Below are positions 17,840 through 25,460 of a stretch of DNA of 64,000 nucleotides, piece after piece. Where the stretch lies: assembly GCA_016721845.1 (NCBI GenBank), contig JADKHK010000007.1, forward strand, positions 112,067-176,066, read 5' to 3'. Source of the stretch: Lysobacterales bacterium. Its GTDB lineage: Bacteria; Pseudomonadota; Gammaproteobacteria; Xanthomonadales; Ahniellaceae. A program made the position numbers and the translations under genes. The notes below the pieces were generated by a model. That model did no database searches. It was not told the origin of the DNA and saw only the letters and a list, made by a program, of their open reading frames with translations. Within the stretch, counting starts at the first letter, position 1. Every line of letters starts with the position of its first letter.

Positions 17840-18418
17840 ATGACGCTCGCGAGCCAATTGCTCGGCAACACCCGCTCGGCCGTGCTGGCCGCGATGCTGC
17901 TGCGCCCGCAGGCACGATTTCACGTGCGCGAACTGGCGCGATTGCTGGATATTTCTCCGGGCACCCTGCACCGGGAACTGAAAACGCTGACCGAGCTCGG
18001 ATTGCTGACGCGACAGGAAAGCGGTCGACAGGTCTACTTCACCGCGAACCGCGCTCATCCCATCGCCCATGAGCTTTCCGGTCTGTTGCGCAAGACCAGC
18101 GGCGTCGTCGACGTGCTGCGCGCCGCCCTGCAGCCCTTGGCCAGTGGTATCGATGCTGCCTTCGTCTATGGCTCGATGGCTGCCGGTACCGAACACGAGC
18201 GCAGCGACATCGATCTCATGGTCATCGGTGGCGTCCGATTCCGCGACGTCGTGTCAGTCCTGCACGACGCACAGCCGGCGACCGGGCGCGAGATCAATCC
18301 TTCGGTCATGGACGGCGAGTCGTTTCGGCGCAAGCGCGCATCCGGAGATCCGTTCGTCTCGACCGTCTGGCAGTCACCGAAACTCTGGGTGATCGGGGGC
18401 GCGAATGAGCTTGGATAA
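17840..18418 (+). CDS. winged-helix DNA-binding domain fused to a minimal nucleotidyltransferase (MNT/MntA-like antitoxin candidate), 192 aa
   Basis: N-terminal ArsR/MarR-like wHTH (FHVRELARLLDISPGTLHRELKTLTELGLLTRQESGRQVYF). C-terminal NTase signature YGSMAAGTEHERSDIDLMVIG (GS...DxD). Confidence 0.8.
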   Translation: MTLASQLLGNTRSAVLAAMLLRPQARFHVRELARLLDISPGTLHRELKTLTELGLLTRQESGRQVYFTANRAHPIAHELSGLLRKTSGVVDVLRAALQPLASGIDAAFVYGSMAAGTEHERSDIDLMVIGGVRFRDVVSVLHDAQPATGREINPSVMDGESFRRKRASGDPFVSTVWQSPKLWVIGGANELG

Positions 18419-18830
18419 TCTGGTGATAATCGGCCGGCTCAAGGTCCATGTCGCGGCGCAGGAGGAAATCTCGCGCTTGCTGGCGGCCGCCGAGCGCAAT
18501 TTGCGCGACGCGAAGGCCGAGACCATCAGCGACGAGACCCGTTTCGATGCTGCGTACAAGGCCGTCATGCAGTGTGCGCTTGCGGGGCTGGCCGCCGCCG
18601 GATTCCGACCGGCCACCGATGCGCCCGGCCACCACCAGACCATGGTGCAATCGTTGCCGCTGACACTCGGTGTCGATCGGGTCACCATGGTCGTGCTCGA
18701 CGCGCTCCGCAAGAAGCGCAACATCAATGACTATTCCGGCGACTTGATGGATCCCGAGTCCTTGCGGCAATGCCTCGTGGAGGCGGAAGCCCTGCTGGCG
18801 TGTGCGCGCGCTCGACTCCTCGGCGCTTGA
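18405..18830 (+). CDS. HEPN-like four-helix protein (toxin candidate), 141 aa
   Basis: Overlaps the NTase gene by 14 nt. All-helical. Motif LDALRKKRNINDYSGD sits where HEPN proteins carry R-x4-6-H; the His position is not obviously conserved, so the assignment is tentative. Confidence 0.6.
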   Translation: MSLDNLVIIGRLKVHVAAQEEISRLLAAAERNLRDAKAETISDETRFDAAYKAVMQCALAGLAAAGFRPATDAPGHHQTMVQSLPLTLGVDRVTMVVLDALRKKRNINDYSGDLMDPESLRQCLVEAEALLACARARLLGA

Positions 18831-18855
18831 GCGTGTGAACAGCCAATACCGCACC

Positions 18856-20058
18856 ATGTCGGAACCAGGCAGCGTGCCGATCAAACTGTGGACACGAGGC
18901 GTGCCGGTCGAGGACGAGGCGTTGCGGCAGGTGCAGCAGGTGGCGCGCTTGCCGGTGGTGTGGCCGCATGTCGCGGTGATGCCGGACGTGCATGTCGGGA
19001 TCGGTGCGACGGTCGGGTCGGTGGTGCCGACGCGGGATGCGATCATTCCGGCGGCGGTCGGTGTCGACATCGGTTGCGGCATGATCGCGGCGCGCACCTC
19101 GCTGCATGCCAACGATTTGCCGGATTCGCTGGCGGGTGTGCGCAGCGCGATCGAGCAGGCCGTGCCGCATGGCCGTACGACAGCACGCGGCAGTCGCGAC
19201 AAGGGTGCATGGAACGATCCGCCGAAGGCCGCGGAACTGGCATGGTCCGGGTTGGTGCGCGACTTCGAGCGTCTGTGCGAGTTGCATCCGCGATTCACGA
19301 AGACGAACAATCTGCACCATCTCGGCACGCTCGGGACCGGCAATCATTTCGTCGAACTCTGCCTCGATGAATCCGATCAGGTCTGGGTGATGCTGCACTC
19401 GGGTTCGCGCGGCGTCGGCAACGCGATCGGTACGCACTTCATCGAACTCGCCCAGGCGGACATGCGCGCTCACATCGCCAACCTGCCGCATCGTGATCTC
19501 GCCTACTTCCAGGAAGGATCGAAGCATTTCGACGACTACGTGTTCGCGGTCGACTGGGCGCAGCGCTTCGCCATGGAGAACCGCGCGATCATGATGGGCA
19601 ATACGCTTGCCACGCTGGCGGAGGCGATCAAGAAGCCGTTCACGCTGACCGAGGAAGCGGTGAATTGCCATCACAACTACGTACAGCGCGAAACCCATTT
19701 CGGCGAGCGCCTGTTCGTGACCCGCAAGGGTGCGGTGAGCGCGCAGCAGGGCCAGCTCGGCATCATCCCGGGATCGATGGGCGCGAAGAGTTTCATTGTC
19801 CGCGGGCTCGGCAATGAAGACGCGTTGTGTTCGTGCTCGCACGGTGCCGGCCGGGTGATGAGCCGGACCAGGGCCAAGCAACTGATCACGCTGGACGATC
19901 ACGTGAAGGCCACCGCACACGTGGAGTGCCGCAAGGATGCCGAGGTGATTGACGAATCGCCGGCCGCGTACAAGTCGATCGATGCGGTCATGGCGGCGCA
20001 GCGCGACCTGGTGGAGGTCGTGCATACGTTGCGGCAGGTGGTGTGTGTGAAGGGCTAG
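18856..20058 (+). CDS. rtcB: RtcB-family RNA 3'-phosphate ligase (400 aa)
   Basis: MPDVHVGIGATVGSV, VGVDIGCGM, NHFVEL...HSGSRGVG, CHHNYV, PGSMGAKSF, SCSHGAGR. All metal/GMP-His motifs of RtcB are present. No rtcA or rtcR adjacent. Confidence 0.92.
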   Translation: MSEPGSVPIKLWTRGVPVEDEALRQVQQVARLPVVWPHVAVMPDVHVGIGATVGSVVPTRDAIIPAAVGVDIGCGMIAARTSLHANDLPDSLAGVRSAIEQAVPHGRTTARGSRDKGAWNDPPKAAELAWSGLVRDFERLCELHPRFTKTNNLHHLGTLGTGNHFVELCLDESDQVWVMLHSGSRGVGNAIGTHFIELAQADMRAHIANLPHRDLAYFQEGSKHFDDYVFAVDWAQRFAMENRAIMMGNTLATLAEAIKKPFTLTEEAVNCHHNYVQRETHFGERLFVTRKGAVSAQQGQLGIIPGSMGAKSFIVRGLGNEDALCSCSHGAGRVMSRTRAKQLITLDDHVKATAHVECRKDAEVIDESPAAYKSIDAVMAAQRDLVEVVHTLRQVVCVKG

Positions 20059-20157
20059 GAGCATCGCGGGGCGGAGCCCGCTCCCACAAGAGCGGGAGCA
20101 TCACGCGGGTTACACGCGGCGTGCATAGAGTGCCCCGCGTGTGATCGGAGGTGAGCC

Positions 20158-20724
20158 ATGACGCTGCGACTGTTGTTACTGGGATGCATGCTTGGATTGA
20201 CCGGCGCGGCCCATGCGGCCCTGCCCAACGAACCCGTCGAACGCATTGATCTCGGGCGCTATCTCGGCACCTGGCACGAGGTGGCGCGTATGCCGAATCG
20301 ATACCAGGAGGACTGCGTCTCCGGCACGACCGCGACCTATCTGCGCGGTGAGGACGGCGAGATCGTGGTGCGCAATGCCTGCACGACCGGCGACGGCGAG
20401 CGCATCAGTGTCGACGGTGTCGCGCGCGAAGTCGTCTCGGGCAGCGGCAACCTGCAGGTGCGCTTCGCGCCGCGCTGGCTCGCGTGGTTGCCGGTCTGGG
20501 CCGACTATTGGGTGCTCGACCTCGATCCCGACTATCGCTGGGCCGTGGTCGGTGGGCCGACGCGCAAGTTCCTGTGGGTGCTGGCCCGCGATCCGCAACT
20601 CGACCCGGACGTCTTCGACGGCATCAAGGCACGTGCCGCGGCCCGCGGTTATGCGGTCGAGCGCTTGTGGGTGGCTGACACGCTGCGCAATGCGCCGGAG
20701 CAGCGTGTCGCGCAGGGACGCTGA
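20158..20724 (+). CDS. blc: bacterial lipocalin (outer-membrane lipoprotein Blc)
   Basis: Lipobox LLLGC; GTWHEVARMPNRYQEDC...ADYWVLDLDPDYRWAVVGGPTRKFLWVLAR is the Blc pattern. Confidence 0.9.
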   Translation: MTLRLLLLGCMLGLTGAAHAALPNEPVERIDLGRYLGTWHEVARMPNRYQEDCVSGTTATYLRGEDGEIVVRNACTTGDGERISVDGVAREVVSGSGNLQVRFAPRWLAWLPVWADYWVLDLDPDYRWAVVGGPTRKFLWVLARDPQLDPDVFDGIKARAAARGYAVERLWVADTLRNAPEQRVAQGR

Positions 20725-22005
20725 TCAGCGTTCGACGATCGCCACGACGCCCATGCCGCCGGCGGTGCAGACCGAGATCAGCGCGCGACCGCCGCCTTTC
20801 TCGTCAAGCAGCTTGGCCGCGGTCGCGACGATGCGCGCGCCGGTGGCCGCGAAAGGGTGGCCGAACGCGAGGCTCGATCCGACCACGTTCAACTTCGCCC
20901 GATCGATTTCGCCGAGCGGCTTCGCCAGACCGAGGCGCTTGCTGCAGTACTCGGCCGATTCCCAGGCCTTCAGCGTGCACAGCACCTGGGCCGCGAAGGC
21001 TTCGTGGATCTCGTAGAAGTCGAAGTCCTGCAGCGTCAAACCCGTCGCCTTGAGCATGTCCGCGACGGCCACGGTCGGTGCCATCAGCAGGCCTTCGCCG
21101 GCGACGAAATCGACCGCGGCGACACGCGAATGGGTGAGGTAGGCGAGTGGCTTCAGGCCGCGTTCCTGGGCCCAGGCTTCCGAGCCGAGCAGCACCGCGC
21201 TGGCGCCATCGGTCAGCGGCGTCGAATTGCCGGCGGTCAGGGTGCCCTTGCCCGAGCTGCGATCGAAGGCGGGCTTCAGCGTCGCGAGTTTCTCGACCGT
21301 GGTGTCGGCGCGCAGGATGTTGTCGCGCTCCAGCCCGCGGAACGGCACCACCAGATCCTTGAAGAAGCCGCGCTCATACGCGGCCGCCGCCTTGCGATGC
21401 GATTCGTAGGCGAGCTGGTCCTGGGCTTCGCGCGCGATGCCCCATTCCTTGGCCATCATTTCGCAGTGGTCGCCCATGGCCTTGCCGGTACGCGGTTCGG
21501 CCACGCCCGGAAAACCCGGCTTCAGTTCGGCGGGCGAGAATCCTTTCAGCGCCGCGCTGACGCGTTGCCCGAAGGTCTTGGCGCGATTGATGTTGAGCAG
21601 GCGGCGTCGCAGTTTCTCGCCGACCACGATCGGCACGTCCGAGGTGGTGTCGGAGCCGCCGGCGATGCCGGCCTCGATCTGGCCGAGCGCGATCTTGTTG
21701 CCGATGTGGATGCTGGTGTCGAGGCTGGTGCCGCAGGCGCGCTGCATGGTGATGCCGGGCGTCAGCGGCGACAGGCCGGAGGACAGCGCGACTTCGCGGC
21801 CGATGTTCCAGTCCGAGGAATGCTTGAGCACCGCGCCGAGCGCGACTTCGCCGAGCTGCACGCCGCTGAGGTTGAACTTCTCGACCAGCGACCCGACCGC
21901 CTTGATCGACATGCCGACATTGCCGAGGTCGAAATAGGCGGTGTTGTTGCGGCAGAACGGAATGCGCGAACCACCGAGGATGGCGACGCGGCGGGCTTGG
22001 CTCAT
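20725..22005 (-). CDS. acetyl-CoA C-acyltransferase (thiolase), 426 aa
   Basis: MSQARRVAILGGSRIPF..., active-site Cys in MQRACGTSL, C-terminal GHPFAATGARI...SVCTAGGMG. Its stop abuts the blc stop (TGATCA). Confidence 0.9.
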   Translation of the reverse strand: MSQARRVAILGGSRIPFCRNNTAYFDLGNVGMSIKAVGSLVEKFNLSGVQLGEVALGAVLKHSSDWNIGREVALSSGLSPLTPGITMQRACGTSLDTSIHIGNKIALGQIEAGIAGGSDTTSDVPIVVGEKLRRRLLNINRAKTFGQRVSAALKGFSPAELKPGFPGVAEPRTGKAMGDHCEMMAKEWGIAREAQDQLAYESHRKAAAAYERGFFKDLVVPFRGLERDNILRADTTVEKLATLKPAFDRSSGKGTLTAGNSTPLTDGASAVLLGSEAWAQERGLKPLAYLTHSRVAAVDFVAGEGLLMAPTVAVADMLKATGLTLQDFDFYEIHEAFAAQVLCTLKAWESAEYCSKRLGLAKPLGEIDRAKLNVVGSSLAFGHPFAATGARIVATAAKLLDEKGGGRALISVCTAGGMGVVAIVER

Positions 22006-22056
22006 GACGAACTCCGGATCAGGGAGTCCCGACCCTAGCAAAGCTGCGTGGAGCGG

Positions 22057-22992
22057 TCACGCCGACTGCTGGTCTTCGAGGTCAAGCTCTGTGTCCGCCG
22101 ACCGCGCGGACAGGAAGAAGGCGTCGGCATAGGCCCAGAAATGCCAGGCGGCCGGCACGGTGCGCAACATCCAATCGAGGTGTGCAGCCGCAAACGCCAT
22201 TGCCGCCTCGCGATCGGTCACCTGCAGGGGTTCGCGGATGCGCAGCTTGCGCCGGCCGGTCGCGGGATCGAGCCAGACCGCGAAGAACACGATCGGCACC
22301 TGGGCCTTCTCGGCGAGCTTGATCATGCCGCTCGGCAACTGCGCATCGCGATCGAGCAGGCGCACCGGCATCTCGCCGCCGACGCCGGGCACGTCGATCG
22401 AGGTCAGCAGGCCGGTGCCGGCCTGCAGGGCGCGCAGCATCGGGCGCGGACCGTCGCCGATGTAGACCAGGTCATGCGCGCCGGTCCGGATCACTTCGGC
22501 ATTGCGCAGCAGGGCGTACCGGTGCAGCAGGGTTTGTCCGGCAAAACTGTCCGGATCGGTGCGCACCGAGAGGCCGGCAAAGCGGCGACCGCTGCGGCGC
22601 AGCGAACGCAGCGCCCAGAACCCTGCGCCCCAATGGAAGGACAGCGTGATCAGCGCACCATCACCCGTCGGCCAGTTGCCCTCGATGTCGAAGTGGCGAT
22701 CGAGATAGCGGTCGCTGCGCCACTTCAGCAGGAACAGGTCGACCTGGTCGACGAGGTGGTACAGGCGCTGCTCGACGGCGAATCGCTGCGGATCGTCCAC
22801 GACGCCGTAGCGCTGCGCGATGGCGACGGTGGCATCGACACGCTCGCGGAAAAACCACGGCCAGCGTGCCAGCCGCCGCGCGATGCGGAAGCCGATGGAC
22901 CAGGGCAAGGCAGCGATCAGGGCCGGCACCAGCCAGCGTTCCACCAGCACGCGCAGTTCGCGGCGCAGGCGGTTCTTGCGGGAATCGATCAT
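22057..22992 (-). CDS. lipid A biosynthesis (LpxL/HtrB-like) / lysophospholipid acyltransferase family protein (311 aa)
   Basis: N-terminal membrane anchor, FHWGAGFW (HX4-type acyltransferase region), and a size and layout typical of the lauroyl/myristoyl acyltransferase family. Confidence 0.65.
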   Translation of the reverse strand: MIDSRKNRLRRELRVLVERWLVPALIAALPWSIGFRIARRLARWPWFFRERVDATVAIAQRYGVVDDPQRFAVEQRLYHLVDQVDLFLLKWRSDRYLDRHFDIEGNWPTGDGALITLSFHWGAGFWALRSLRRSGRRFAGLSVRTDPDSFAGQTLLHRYALLRNAEVIRTGAHDLVYIGDGPRPMLRALQAGTGLLTSIDVPGVGGEMPVRLLDRDAQLPSGMIKLAEKAQVPIVFFAVWLDPATGRRKLRIREPLQVTDREAAMAFAAAHLDWMLRTVPAAWHFWAYADAFFLSARSADTELDLEDQQSA

Positions 22993-23066
22993 CGATGAAT
23001 CCTATCAAAGCGCGGCGAAATCTCCTGCGACCGCTAAACTGCGCGGCTGATCGATCGGAGTCCGTC

Positions 23067-23831
23067 ATGTCCGTTGCCCTGAGTTCCTGCCCCGCCGTGC
23101 TGGCCGTCGAGCTGGTGCCCGAGGGCGCGCCGACCGCGCTGAGCCTGCCGCTCGAATCGGCGCACCTGCTCGGTGACGCGATCGCGAACGACCTCGCGCG
23201 CCTGCTGCCGGGGATCGAGACGATGGGACTCGCGGTGGCTGCGGCACTGTATGACCAGGCCCAGATCCTGCGCCCGGGCTGGCCGATCCACGGTGAACTG
23301 ATGCGCATGCACCAGCAGGCGCAACGTGGCGGCTGGATGCCGGCGATCACCAGCTTCGGTGCCTCGGCCGGGCGCATGGCCGCACCGGTGCTGGAACCCG
23401 ACCTGCGCCTGATCGGCAGCCCGCTGTTGCTGGTGCCGTTCACGCTGGTCGGGCATCACCACGATGCTCAGCAGATCGGTGCGCTGATGGAGCGCGACTT
23501 CGAGGACAAGGGGCTGGCCGACTCGGCCACCTCGCTGTTCCTCAACGAAGCCTTCTCGATCCGTAGCGAACATGCGCGCTATCTGACCTGCAACGACCTC
23601 TGCGCGCTGGCCGCGATGCAGTACGAGCACGCCGGTTTCGCACCGATCTGGTCGATCATCGAGTGCGCCTTGCTGTCGCCGCAACGGGATGAACGCGTCG
23701 AACTGGATGGCGATGTCCAAGTGGACTATCGCGGCGGCCACGTCGCCGTTCGCGGGGATGCCGCATCGCTGCCGTTCCGGCAGGCCGCCGCGATCCTGGC
23801 CGCGCACGGTCTGCCGGCCAATCCGAACTGA
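23067..23831 (+). CDS. hypothetical protein (254 aa)
   Basis: Internal ATG of track ORF 22866..23831. Good codon bias. No family recognised. Confidence 0.6.
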   Translation: MSVALSSCPAVLAVELVPEGAPTALSLPLESAHLLGDAIANDLARLLPGIETMGLAVAAALYDQAQILRPGWPIHGELMRMHQQAQRGGWMPAITSFGASAGRMAAPVLEPDLRLIGSPLLLVPFTLVGHHHDAQQIGALMERDFEDKGLADSATSLFLNEAFSIRSEHARYLTCNDLCALAAMQYEHAGFAPIWSIIECALLSPQRDERVELDGDVQVDYRGGHVAVRGDAASLPFRQAAAILAAHGLPANPN

Positions 23832-25313
23832 TCAGTCGGCGCTGACCGTCCGCGTCTTCGCCCAGTCGCGCAACTGCTGCACCGGCTCGGCCATCAGCAC
23901 CGACAGCGGTCGCGTTGCCTTCAGCTCGGCGACGACATGGCGTTGCTGCAGCGGCACGCCATCGGCGTGCGCGGCATACAGGGCCGAGACCACCGCCTGC
24001 TCGATCTCGGCACCGGAAAAGCCGGCGCTGTGCTCGACCAGCCGGTCCAGCTCGAACTCGGCCCAGTCCAGCTTGCGCTTGTCGAAATGGACGCGAAAGA
24101 TCGCATCGCGCGAGGCGGTGTCGGGCAGGTCGATGAAGAAGATCTCGTCGAAGCGACCCTTGCGCAGCAATTCCGGCGGCAGTCGCGAGACATCGTTTGC
24201 GGTCGCGACCAGGAACACCGGCTGCTTGCGTTCGGCCATCCAGGTCAGCAGGGCACCGAGCACGCGCCGCGACACGCCGTCGTCGCTGTCCGAGGTCGCG
24301 AGGCCCTTCTCGATCTCGTCGCACCACAACACGCAGGGCGACAGCGCTTCGGCATTCTTCAGCGACTCGCGCAGGTTGCGCTCGGTTTCACCGTGGTACT
24401 TGTTGTACAGCGCGCCGAAATCGAGGCGCACCAGCGGCACGCCGAAGGAGCCGGCGATGGCTTTCGCGGCCAGGCTCTTGCCGCAGCCCTGCACGCCGAG
24501 CAGCAACAGGCCCTTGGGCGGGTCCAGCCCGGCCACCTTGTTCTCGCCGAGGAAGATCGCGCGGCGCTGCTCGACCCACTGCTTCAGGCGCGCCAGGCCG
24601 GCGACATCGGCGAAGGCCGCGGTTTCGTATTCGAAATGCAGCACGCCGTCGCGGTTCAGCAACTCGAACTTGAGCTTGGCCAGTTCCGGCAAGTCGGCCA
24701 TGCCGACCGCGCCGTCGCGGAACACCAGATGGCGGGCGATGCGGCGCGCATCCGGCAGTTTCAACCCCAGCAGGTTGCGGACGATGGTCTTGAACGCGAC
24801 CGGGTCGATCTCGACGCGCTTGCCGCCATGTTCGCGTGAATACAGGAAGGCTTCGTCGCGGACGAGCTTGCCGAGCGCCGACTCGTCCGGCAGCTTCAGC
24901 GGCACCCTTACCGTATGCGACTCGATCTCCTTCGGGATCTCGATGCCGACGCCGATCAGCACCAGGGTATGCGCTGCGGCGTTCGTGCGTTCGACGATCT
25001 CGCGCAGGAAGCGCATCGTCATCGGGTAGCGCAGATAGCCATGGAAATCGCACAGCAGGAAGATCGCGCGTTCCTTCTGCTCCTTGATGAACTGCAGCGT
25101 CGCCGTGGCCTCGACGGCACCGAGCGGCGGTTCATCGAGGGTCATGTCCAGGCGCTGCAGGCCGTCGGTCAGGCTCCACTTGTACAGCGGCCGCCAGACC
25201 TTGCCGATGACATGGCGGAAGCTCTCGACGACACGCGCTTCTTCGGCGGTATCGATGGCGATGACCGGGTGACCGGCACGAATCAGGCTGGCGAGATTGT
25301 CGAGGTCGGGCAT
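23832..25313 (-). CDS. classic-clade AAA+ ATPase with a 230-aa N-terminal domain (493 aa)
   Basis: Walker A GVQGCGKS, Walker B VLWCDEIEK, second region of homology ATANDVSRLPPELLRKGRFD. One AAA module only. Confidence 0.85.
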   Translation of the reverse strand: MPDLDNLASLIRAGHPVIAIDTAEEARVVESFRHVIGKVWRPLYKWSLTDGLQRLDMTLDEPPLGAVEATATLQFIKEQKERAIFLLCDFHGYLRYPMTMRFLREIVERTNAAAHTLVLIGVGIEIPKEIESHTVRVPLKLPDESALGKLVRDEAFLYSREHGGKRVEIDPVAFKTIVRNLLGLKLPDARRIARHLVFRDGAVGMADLPELAKLKFELLNRDGVLHFEYETAAFADVAGLARLKQWVEQRRAIFLGENKVAGLDPPKGLLLLGVQGCGKSLAAKAIAGSFGVPLVRLDFGALYNKYHGETERNLRESLKNAEALSPCVLWCDEIEKGLATSDSDDGVSRRVLGALLTWMAERKQPVFLVATANDVSRLPPELLRKGRFDEIFFIDLPDTASRDAIFRVHFDKRKLDWAEFELDRLVEHSAGFSGAEIEQAVVSALYAAHADGVPLQQRHVVAELKATRPLSVLMAEPVQQLRDWAKTRTVSAD

Positions 25314-25460
25314 GGTCGGACGGGCAAGGCAAGGCCGCTACTGTGTCCGGAAACGGCTGTTTTGTCGAAGGTCGGCTGCGCCTGAATGGCGGTGCGGCGC
25401 ATCACGGTGCCGGCGCGCCCGAGCTGTATGCTTGGGCGGTCCGTTGTCCGGAGAAACCCG

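Noticed and set aside
15405-17915. 836-aa minus-strand ORF, and similar giants in the track (25338..29165 minus 1275 aa; 36084..39629 plus 1181 aa; 29969..32305 minus 778 aa; 40649..42085 plus; 7144..8910 plus beyond about 7565; 8583..10163 plus; 12763..14235 plus; 53151..55136 plus)
   Set aside because: Each lies antisense or out of frame to a gene with clear family motifs (glyS, protease, ANK protein, PLD, pepN, ABC genes, GspE, M16). Their translations are Arg/Ala/Gly/Pro-rich low-complexity strings, typical of stop-codon-poor alternative frames in high-GC DNA.
20070-20110. REP-like hairpin GGAGCCCGCTCCCACAAGAGCGGGAGC between rtcB and blc
   Set aside because: The stem is only 6-7 bp and no second copy exists in the 64 kb, so a repeat family cannot be supported from this window. 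It may simply be a weak rtcB terminator.
20719-20730. Convergent genes meeting at palindromic TGATCA junctions: CGCTGATCAGCG at 20719-20730, ACTGATCAGT at 23827-23836, and TGA-CGA-TCA at 34367-34375
   Set aside because: TGA followed by the reverse complement of TGA necessarily yields TGATCA. The short flanking symmetry is plausible by chance in a compact GC-rich genome. It is noted only as evidence of very tight packing and missing terminators, not as a site.
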